Below, in pieces: positions 53,866-64,000 of a stretch of DNA of 64,000 nucleotides. The notes beneath the pieces are model-generated. The model did no database searches, was not told the DNA's origin, and saw only the letters and a list, made by a program, of their open reading frames with translations. This stretch comes from the human T2T-CHM13v2.0 reference genome, Homo sapiens. Both the position numbers and the translations under genes were made by a program. The first letter of the stretch is position 1, and each line of letters starts with the position of its first letter. The stretch is taken from the NCBI RefSeq assembly GCF_009914755.1, contig NC_060926.1, one strand, 5' to 3'.

Positions 53866-55729
53866 ACTCTACACTTTTTGAACAGAGCAATAGTTTCTTC
53901 TGTGAAAAAGTTATATTTTGGTCAATATTAGCAAACACATCACAAAGAATATCTATTGTTAGAGATTTCTGACATGGTAAAAATTAAATGTAAGACTTCA
54001 ACTGCATACTGTTTTTGATGGGGACCATTGATATCACTTTTGAGTCCAAGAAATCAAGTAGGTTATTTTTCCTCAAACCATTGCTTCATTAAATTTAAAA
54101 TGTGTCCGTATTTGATTAACTTGTGAAATTCCTTTACTAATGGAGGCGCTCAATGAGATAAAACTAAAAAATTCTTGCAGCAAAATTTCAAAAGCGCATT
54201 ATCATAGCATCATAAATATATGATTGATACATATATGATTGGTTGGATAATTGGATAATAGTACAATTTCTTATAATGTTCAAAACTATACATTATTTTA
54301 AACTAGAAAAGGACATTCTGTAAGTATAACTTTTACTTGTAAAAGAAAAAGAAAAGCTGTGTTTTTTTCCATTTCAATTTAACTTAAAAGTTATATTGTG
54401 GGTCTATAAATAACTCTTACTGAGCCATTTTCAAAGCCTAACAGTAATTTTACTGGACGCACAGATCATTTATTTCAATTTTATGACAGATATTCAGGAA
54501 TATTAATGCCAAAAATGCAAGACTAATTTAGAAATATATACATTTTTTATCTGGCATAATGTAAGATGCTAGCTGCTGCCCTTCTAAGTTCTAACATGAG
54601 TATGTTTATACCTCAATCACACTGTATTTCTGTTCTTTTATTTTATTAATTCATATATTTATTTACTATTTTAACATTCTCTCTATAAATATTATACAAA
54701 TTTATTAAATAAAGTACAGAAAATATGTTGTATCTAGACTTCTTCAAACCTGAGACAAAACAGGTAAACATATTGAGGATTTATTTTCAGTTACCAATGA
54801 AAATGTAAAAATAATCCAGAAAAGTCTTAAACTATGAAGAGCTTTAATAAGTCATCATGGTGTGATTGGAGAAAAATAAGCACTTCCTGCTTTTGTAAAA
54901 CGGGTAACTCAGTAGTTCTAATTTTCAATTTGTTTCTTTAAAATTTTAACAATTATGCTTACCTCACCACTTTGGTGCAAGATGAAATAAAATAAGTTAT
55001 GAAAAATACCTATCAAAATGCCTAAAATCTCTTTTATTCAAAGTTGTAGGAACTGATTTATACCCCCATGAGAAATTGAGCAGAGTGGACTTGGATTTTC
55101 TTGTAGTATTGTAAATCAATTTGTATTATATAAGCCCTCCTGCCTCTGTGGTCTGTTTTCATGGTTCTATTAATTAGATCTGAAAAACAGAGCATCACAC
55201 TGCTGAATTCCAGACCCCAACTTTTCTGACATAATTACATTCAGAAATATACTGTAGGTTAAAAATAACCTACACTATAAAGTCTAAAGTCTAAAAACTT
55301 TGTAAAAACTATAAAACGTATTAGGAAAATTATCTCACAAACCTAGTTTTTGCTCAGCTGCAGATATTAACATCTTGACATACATTACATGGAGCACTAA
55401 TGCTGTCCTCCAGATCCTTACCATGTGGACTGTGGAGTCTGTTCTATCTCTGCTCTTTTCATTATTGACTTCATTTCTGTGTTGGTGTAATTATTCTCAT
55501 TTATTTGTTTCCTTAGTCCCAACAGCCTATTTTTCATTTCTACCTATTTCTTCATCATCTCTTTTGAACTCTTGCATGCCAGATTAAAGCTCTTGTATGA
55601 AAACGGTAATGATTTCCTCATTTAAAAATATCTGGTGATGTGTTTTGCTGTTATTTTCTTGTTTCATGACAATATATCTCTAGTGATTTGCATTATTTCA
55701 TTGGTTTTACATTACTGTTTCCTTCTCCA

Positions 55730-56650
55730 GTATGTTATATTGAATCACACTCTTGATTTTGTGACTCCTAGGCTGGGTCCTATCAGTCCACAGAATATAA
55801 CAGAAATCATGGAATGCAAATATTTTCTATATCATAACCCAGGTCACCTTTGCAAGGACTCTTCGTAGAGTCCAAAAGTGAGTAATCAAATTCGCTTTCT
55901 AGTATTAGCCAAGTACAAGTACTGGTTCTAAAAGGATGGCCTGGGTCTTAATCAGGTGCTAATCCCAAACGTAGTTTGAAAATGAAGTTCAGGGAGAGTT
56001 CCAAGTTGCCAGAGGGGGCCCTCCAACAACCTTGGGATATGATTCTAACCCTTACTGTCCTGCCCGGCAGCAACGTCCCAAGGTGCTGCTCCTTACTTAG
56101 CAGAAACAGTCTTCAGTATCTGCAGCTGAGTATGTCAGCCCTGAGATGAGTACACAAGCCAAGTAATTGGGCAGTAGGCCTGGACTGCTCTCTACTTCTC
56201 ATTAGGCAATGCCCCTTGTTGATTGAGATGGCCTTAGGGCTAGGCAAGCATAACTCAGTCTGGCTCTGTTGAGGCTCTGTCCACTCTAGCCCTCCCTCAC
56301 TGGGGCATATATGTGGCAGGACCTGAGTTGTAGGATATTGCATGTGCTATGGTAGTAATCCTGTATGAGACTGCAATCAGGCAGTTTGTCAAATCCAGAT
56401 GCTGGTTATGGAGTATCCTGAGCTACGGCAACATGCGTACTGAGTGCTGGACATCCAAGCTTCTTATTGTCTTCCTTCCAAAGCGGTGATAGGGTATACA
56501 GTCTAGCTTGTATGTCCTACTGCCAGGCCTTATAGGAGAGCTAAAGCCTTTCCAGAGCTAGTTAAAACAGCATGTGATAACAGAAGCTCTTGTCCTCTTT
56601 GGCTGTCATCACTTTGTAAGCCAGGATCTGTAAATTTTGTTATTGGGCTA
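55730..56650 (-). mobile_element. Possible ERVL/MaLR internal fragment without LTRs
   Basis: Block with higher GC than its flanks and weak resemblance to MaLR internal sequence; no ORF. Confidence 0.3.
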
Positions 56651-56857
56651 CTTGACATAAATGAGGTGTACTGTCTCAGTTTGGGTAGACAACATTAGAA
56701 AAATGAAATAACTATTAACTATGTGTGGAGTGTATTAGAAATATTTGCTACATAAGTTTGAATGAAACAGATATTTTAAAGCCTATATATTTGAAGCCTA
56801 AAGTAAATAATACTTAATAACATCTCTGAAAATCCAGATATGTACCCATATCAGGTT

Positions 56858-56957
56858 TTCTTTCCTTCTTTCTTCTCCCTTCCCTTCCCTTCCCTTCCCC
56901 TCCCTTCCCCCGTCCCTTCCCCTCGCTTCCCCTACCGTCCCCTCCCCTCCCTTTCTT
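56858..56957 (+). repeat. (CCCTT)n polypyrimidine tract at the Alu tail
   Basis: cccttcccttcccttcccc array. Confidence 0.9.
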
Positions 56958-57253
56958 CTTTTTTTTGACAGACTCTCACTCTGTTACCCAGGCTGGAGTG
57001 CAGTGCTGTGATCTCAGCTCACTGCAACCTCCGACTCCTAGGTTGAAGCGATTCTCCTGCCTCGGCCTTTCAAGAGCTGGGATTACAGATGTGCCCCACC
57101 ACGCTTGGCTAATTTTTGTACTTTTAGTAGAAATGTAGAGACAGGGTTTCACCATGTTGGCCAGGCTGGTCTCAAACTCCTGACCTCAGGTGGTCCACCT
57201 GTCTTGGCCTCCCAAAGTGCTGGGAGTACAGGTGTGAGCTACTGCACCCCGCC
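56958..57253 (-). mobile_element. AluS element
   Basis: Antisense Alu with both arms. Confidence 0.94.
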
Positions 57254-58052
57254 AGGCTCTTTATTTTTATAAGGGAAGACTGATATCATCTATTCACCCT
57301 CTTGAAGAGTCCAGTGAGTTAAGCAATGATAAAAATAGCAAGCATAGCATTTAACAGATGGTGTTGTCTCCCTTGGGATAAACCCAGTATTAGGTTTAGA
57401 AACCTCAGCAGACATGACCGGAATCACATAGTTTTCTGTATATGCCTGTACATTTGCTAAGTAATTTTAAAACAATCATTGTCATATTTATTTTGGACAA
57501 TTTTTTTCTTGGTGTTATAGGCAAGTTGATTACAGACTCATTTAATTTTTATGACTGAAATGAATGATGAAAATTACCAGGTCCAATTTCATGCTCAAGG
57601 CTGCAAAAGCTTATATTTTAATGAAAACACATAGATACCCTGCCCGTGTTGAAACTTTCCAGTGTCCACTTTTCATCTGCCCCCACACAGCAGTGTCCCT
57701 TCCATTTGGGGGCATTTCTAGTTAGTTAATAATTTTCCATTATCTCTCTAAAGTGCATTCATACAGACTTATATAGGAGAAAGAATTTCCTGATTAAAAA
57801 ATTATCTGTCCCAGAAAATGTCCCAGAGGTTTATGTTAGCAATAGATCCACCTAACATTAATCGCTAAAGGCAAATTAGCATGTACTTTTTGAAAGAAAT
57901 TGTAAGTTACTATTGAGTAAATTTGTAACAATTATGTGATATTTTGGTGATAAAAGGTGTTAAATGAAAGAAATTTGGGCACAGTTTTCCAGGGTTATTA
58001 CAACTAAGAATAAGTTTCCATTTATTAGGAAAAGCATGTAGTTTAAAATATA

Positions 58053-58387
58053 CAGTTAGACATTGCTTAATGACAGGGATATATTCTGAGAAATGCATAG
58101 TTAGGTAATTTCATTGTGCAAACATTATAATGTACTTATACAAACCTAGAGGGTCTAGCCTACTACACACCTAGGCTATATGGTAGAGCTTATTGCTCCT
58201 AGGCTACAAACCTCTAAAGCATGTTATTGTACTAAAGACTGTAGGTAATTGTAACACAATGGCATTTGTATATCCAAACACATCTAAACACAGAAAAGGT
58301 ACAGTAAAAATACACTATTATAATTTTATGGGATCACTGTCATATGTGATCCGTTGCTGATTAAAAAATCTATATGGTGCATGACTA
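58053..58387 (+). mobile_element. Tigger3a/MER7A non-autonomous DNA transposon
   Basis: gcttaatgacagggatatattctgagaaatgc...tagcctactacacacctaggctatatggta...gcatgact. Confidence 0.88.
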
Positions 58388-59699
58388 GAATCATTTATTC
58401 TGGGAGTATGTGAAATTTGTTAACATTATTCTAGTCTTTAGGTTAGTAAAGGATCTGACAATCAATAACCCTTCTGACAAGTAATCACTTGTCAGATTCT
58501 TAACAAAAGTAATTATTAAAAGTTTTCTCTAATATAACAAATGACTAAATATCTCCACCGAGTTGAATATTACACTCAAGCCAACATTTATTAAACAGTT
58601 ATGAAGGTCAATATTCAGTAATAAAATATTTACAGCCCAAGTGTTCATGGATGAAAATATTTAGAAAGAGAGATTAATATTCAAACAACTAATTACATTA
58701 GTATCCAAATACTCATACTATCCAAATAGTCATAAAATAATTGGTTTAGAGGGAAGTGTGAATTATTTTGAGGAGGTTAAACAATTACTTCAAAGGATAA
58801 AGGAGCTGAATATTAAAGGATAAATATAATTTTTTATCAAATATAGGAATCTGGCTCAAACCCTCCTTTGAAATTGTCAAACGTATTTTGTAAAATAATA
58901 AATATTTAAAATCTTGCCAAAATAGGAGTAAATTGAAAATACGTTTGCTTTACTAGAAAGAAGTACATACTTATTTCTACAACATTTAGGTATATTTTAA
59001 AGATAAGTAATAAATCATTCTGACTGTATTTCCTGTGGTTATTTTCATCTAATTTGCCCAAGCATTTTTCTGAGGGTCCCGGTAATATCTTATAACTCAA
59101 AAAAATCAATAAATAACCAGAGCTAATTTCTGGACTAATTCCAGGAAGATGATGACTCAAAATCATCTTTCATGCCTTTCAACTCAACTCTAAATCAGCC
59201 GGCTGTCTTGAGGCAAGCAGTTCCTGAGTCTTGTGAGCAACTGATTAGGAAGGAGAAGTTCAGCTCTAGAGAAATCCAATAAAACAGAAGTGGTACAAGG
59301 CTCTTGTGGCCAGTGTCTAGTGTGACTACTAGAGGCCATTCTAAAAGGACCCAGTGTAAAGAAAAGAATGTAATATGTATATGTGTATCTATATCTATAT
59401 CATCTATAACTATCATCTCCTAGAAAGAGCCTGGCCTACAGAATTGCAAAAACCACATCGGTCCTATGTGAGTTTGCCTGACCTGCCTCATCTCCAAGGA
59501 GCCAAAACTGTCTAACTCCTACTCCTGAGGCTAGGAAAGCCAAGAGCATTGATACCTCCATGGGGATTTGCATCCTGCTTGTTGACAGAGGGCCAGCTAT
59601 CTCTAGGTTGTACCACTTGCAGAAATGCCATGACTCAAGGTGTTTCAACTAAAGACTTGGGCTCCAGTGAGCAAATAAAGATAAGTGACACCATATAGG

Positions 59700-60400
59700 A
59701 GAATTCTTGCAGCCAAATATAATTAACTCAAGCATAAGGAAAAAATCACAAACTTTAAGATGGGGAAAACATTTTCTTACAAAGAAAAAAATTAGAGTAG
59801 TACCGTATGTATTTTTTCATTTACAACATCAGAAGCTAAAAGTGGTAGAATGACATCAAAAGAAATTCACAGTGATACAAAATGTCATACCCAACAAAAC
59901 TATCAGTATCTAGGAAAAAAGAAGGATGTTGTGGATATTCAAGAGTTTATTATCCATGAATTTGAGTTCAAAGAAATATTCAAATACTTGAGCAAGGACT
60001 CTACAAAATATTTTTAACCCTCTACAATGAGAAAAAAATTTTTTAAGAGAAATGATCAGTAATAAAAATGTAAAATATGTAGCAGTACATTATAGCTAAA
60101 TATATATATACACATAAAAAATAAATGTACAATTGTCAACTATTATATAGTGTAATTGTCAATATAATATAATTTAATGTAAATATATTTATATAGATGA
60201 GAGATTATAAGGGAAATTTTAACAATAGACTAAGTAAAAATCTATGTAGACACTGACAGAAAAATAGTAAGATAGAGAAAACAAGCATTTTAAAGGTATC
60301 ATATAGGGTGAGTAATGGGAAATGATGGCATCAGAGCATATTTGTGTGGAAAAATACTTAGTATTATGTTAAACAAGAAAAATATGAGTTTTATTATCAG
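59700..60400 (+). mobile_element. Ancient HAL1/L1M-like fragment
   Basis: A-rich, ORF1-like motifs (atacccaacaaaactatcag...ttcaagagtttattatccatga). Confidence 0.4.
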
Positions 60401-60479
60401 AATTATGCACCCTCCTCAGAGAGAGTTTTCAAAAACATATTGACTAATTGGGCAACCTTATCAATTTCCAACCCATTAA

Positions 60480-60670
60480 CTGATTTACTGTTATTTTCCA
60501 TAGCACTTATTTCTTGACATTTTATCATATATTTATGTGCATCTTTGTTAGTGTTGGTTTTTGTATTAGAATAATTAGAATATAAACTGTATTGTGTTAA
60601 GGACTTTGTCTATTTCAGTCTTTGTCTTAGTCCCATGCCAGGCAGAAACGTGAACAGTAAATAAATATTT
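60480..60670 (+). mobile_element. L2 3' end
   Basis: ttttccatagcacttattt...tagaatataaactg...ggactttgtctatt...taaataaatattt. Confidence 0.65.
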
Positions 60671-61520
60671 ATAAAGCAAATTTATCATTTCCAGGTTTAA
60701 AAAGTTAATGGGTTAATGTAATGGAGAAGCATTCTACATTTACAAAGTTGTCAATGCGAAATATAGAATCAATAGAAATTTGACAAAACCAGAAAAAAAA
60801 TCATCAAAATGCAAAAAAAGAAAATAATATAAATTCAAATATAGAGTAAGTAAAGAAAAACAACAACAACAACAAAAACTCCTTAGAACAACAGCAACAA
60901 CAACAAAAAGCTGGACAAACTAAAAATCGATGTTTTTTTTTAGGATACGTCATGGAACAGAGGGCAACCTGCCTCCTGGAAATGTGGAGTGTCTAGGGAG
61001 TCACAGCTGAGATCTTCCTTGGATTAAAGGCTGCGGGTGTCACAAACAGGTAGGAATATTCAAGTGGTAATCTTGAAGAATTACTGGAAGCTGAGGGTAG
61101 TCTAGGATGTGAATGAAAACCTCCTGTGGGCCTCAGTCTCAGGGAGGGGCCACTCTTTTCTGGGCTTTACCTCCAGGAACCTTATCTTGTTCTCACGGTG
61201 AAGAACCTATAGCTTCCATTGTGGCTCTGGGGAATGGGAGGGGACAGAGGAAGGCACACTGTTAAGAGAATAAAAATATAAACCACAGACTTGAATATCA
61301 TATTTGCAGAACATATATGTTATAAAGAACTTGTATCCAAAACATAGAAGGAACACTTTAAACTCAACAGTAAGAAAGGAAACAACCTACATTAAAAATG
61401 AAAGAGATATCAGCAAACACAAAGAAGACATACAAATAACAAATAATCACATGCACAGTCCTTAAACATATGTAAATTAAAACAAGATACTACAATATAC
61501 CTATTAAAATGGCAAAAAAA

Positions 61521-61568
61521 CTCACAAACCTAGTTTCTGCTCAGCTGCAGATATTAATATCTTGACAT
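61521..61568 (+). repeat. 48-bp copy of 55334-55381
   Basis: ctcacaaacctagttt(t/c)tgctcagctgcagatattaa(c/t)atcttgacat, 46/48 identical. Confidence 0.95.
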
Positions 61569-62020
61569 TAATATCTATATACATTATATATAATACATTA
61601 CAATATAATATATATTATATCATGTATATTATATACAATATAGTATATCATATATAGTATATATTATATAGTAATGTATTATATATAATGTATAATGTAT
61701 AAATATATAATATATACTACATACTATACTATTATATATACTATATATTATATATGATACATATACTATATAATATGCTATATATTATACTATATAATAT
61801 GCTATATATTATACTATATAATATGCTATATATTATACTATATAATATGCTATATATTATACTATATAATATACTATATAATATGCTATATATTATACTA
61901 TATAATATACTATATAATATACTATATATTATACTATATAATATACTATGTAACATACTATATATTATATATGATACATATACTATATTACATATATAAT
62001 ATATATATATATATATATAA
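61569..62020 (+). repeat. AT-rich minisatellite; 12-bp units with a 24-bp higher-order unit tatataatatgctatatattatac
   Basis: Regular array ~61765-61975 inside degenerate TA-rich sequence. Confidence 0.95.
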
Positions 62021-62364
62021 AATACCAAATGCTGGCCGAGATGCAGAGCAACAGTAACTTTCACAATTTCTGGTGTGATTGTAAAATAGTATAGCCACTT
62101 TGGAATATCCTTTGGCAGTTTCTTACAAACTTAAAGATAGTTTTAACATATAATTTAGCAGTCAGTCTTCTAAGTGCTCTAATAATTTTAAAATATCATG
62201 TCCATAGAAAAATATTGTATCCATTTGTTTTTCGCAGTTTTATTCATAATAGTCAAAACTGGAAGGAACCAAGATGTCCTTCAGTAGGTGATTTGAGACA
62301 TGGTGGAATATCCATATAAAAGAACACTCTTCAGAATAAAAATGAATGGGTTATCAAGCTATGA

Positions 62365-62870
62365 ACCCAAAGGATTATAAATCATGCTACTATAAAGGCA
62401 CATGCACACATATGTTTATTGTGGCACTATTCACAATAGCAAAGACTTGGAACCCACCCAAATGTCCATCAATGATAGACTGGATTAAGAAAATATGGCA
62501 CATATACACCATGGAATACTATGCAGCCATAAAAAAGGATGAGTTCATGTCCTTTGCAGGGACATTGATGAAGCTGGAAACCATCATTATCAGAAAACTA
62601 TTACAAGGACAGAAATCCAAACGCCGCATGTTCTCACTCATTGGTGGGAATTGAGCAATGAGAACACATGGACACAGGGTGGGGAATATCACACACCGGG
62701 GCCTGTCAGGGGGTGGAGGTCTGGGGGAGGGATAGCATTAGGAGAAACACCTAATGTAAATGACGAGTTGATGGGTGCAGCAAACCAACAGGGCACGTGT
62801 ATACCTATGTAACAAATCTGCACGTTATGCACATGTACCTTAGAACTTAAAGTATAATAATTTAAAAAAA
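62365..62870 (+). mobile_element. L1PA6-like 3' fragment
   Basis: ORF2 end ...RMFSLIGGN; 3' UTR gggcctgtcagggggtgg, taaatgacgagttgatgggtgcagcaaacc; A tail. Confidence 0.92.
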
Positions 62871-64000
62871 GAAAATATATGGATAAGTCTTTAATACATA
62901 TTGCTAAGTAAAAGAAGAAAGCCTGGAAAGATTATAAGCTATATGATTCCAAATATATGTATAACATTCTGGAAAGGTAAAACCATAGAGACAATAAATA
63001 GATTAGTGATTGCCAGGTGGCAGGGAAGAAAGTTGTGGTGGGAGGATTGAATAGATAAAGCACAAAGAATTTTTTTTTAGGGCAATAAACCATGCTGTGT
63101 GATACTGTAGTAGGTGATACATGATACTGCATTTATCAAACCCCATAGAACTTCATAGCTCAGCAAATGAAATAATGTATGCAGATTTAAACAAAAATCA
63201 TTTAGGAGATTGGAAGATTCCACAATGGAATGCAGAATGTGATGAAAGAATCTGTTTACCAAATGTATTAAATGGTGTTATTGAAAAAGGTGGGGGAAAT
63301 GGTACTGACTTAAATAACTTTGGAAATGAGTGGTCTGCAAGACTATAAACAAAAGGTACTGCACAAATGCACTATATGTCATTTGACAAGTTTGTGTCCC
63401 GAAGAGGTATAGGTTTACAATTCTGAAATTAGTATATATGCTTAATTGAATTTAACAATTGTATTTGCGTCGCAGATCAAGAGACATAAGTTTCTTGCTG
63501 TTGGAGTGGGACGTTACAGATAAAAATTGGAAGAGAAGAGAATGATCTATACGGTGATAGATTAGGATTGAGCATGATTATGAACTACTGTTTAGCTTAA
63601 TATATGTATAGATGGTAGCATATAGAAATATTTATAGATATGTGCATTTATGTATTCATGTCCTGACAGAGGGCAGAGAGATCCCATTCTACAGGGAGGG
63701 AAAAATAAATCTTAGCTATGTCAAATTTTTTACCTCATAAATCCATTATTGCCTAGAGCAAAACACTAGTTTTTTGTATGTTGTGTACCAGGAAGGGGTG
63801 ATGCAATGAAAGAGTTTTTGGGGCAGGTGTTAAAGGCAGGGAGCCCTGGAGAGAGTTTGAAAGTAAAAGATCATCAAGCTAAAGGAAACTAAAGGAAAAG
63901 GGCCATGCTGGGCAGAATTCAGAAAATGAATGTTTGATGCATCCCAGCAGAGAGCTTCTCTAGGCTCTTCCTCTTCACAGTGGTTAGCACATGCTGTGCT

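Larger units (their letters stand above)
60905..63660 (+). mobile_element. Old L1 (L1MC3/L1MD-like) fragments: 5' UTR piece, ORF2 end and 3' UTR, with internal insertions
   Basis: aagaacttgtatccaaaacata; gccactttggaatatcctttggcagtttcttacaaac; catattgctaagtaaaagaag; tcaaaccccatagaac. Confidence 0.75.

Noticed and set aside
61741-62064. Repetitive YSIL / YNML ORFs
   Set aside because: Translations of the AT-rich minisatellite; it is also not a CRISPR array, as there are no unique spacers

Overview
AT-rich, gene-poor primate genomic DNA, most likely human or another great ape (it carries AluY and an L1PA2-type insertion). It is probably intergenic or deep intronic. I find no credible host protein-coding gene, tRNA, rRNA, CRISPR array or CpG island. 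Recognisable ORFs in the track are L1 ORF1/ORF2, Tigger1 transposase, Alu or simple-repeat translations. Much of the window is nested transposon debris: old L1M and younger L1PA elements, about 11 Alus, a full-length Tigger1, MaLR/ERVL solo LTRs, L2, MIR, MER20, Tigger3a and a MADE1. The structure that repeat annotation would not explain is a set of local copy/fold-back scars. These are a ~600-bp, ~98% identical dispersed duplication (22.7/25.5 kb); a 48-bp templated insertion copied from 6.2 kb away that appears to have seeded an AT-rich minisatellite (55.3/61.5 kb); an internally inverted MLT2 LTR with fold-back palindromes and an L1 plus an Alu in one TTTAAA site; an L1 rearrangement with a perfect 19-bp hairpin at the breakpoint; and an extended, compound MADE1 hairpin of the miR-548 type. 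I see no evidence for a new coding system. Repeat subfamily calls come from recalled consensus similarity and need RepeatMasker/Dfam confirmation.
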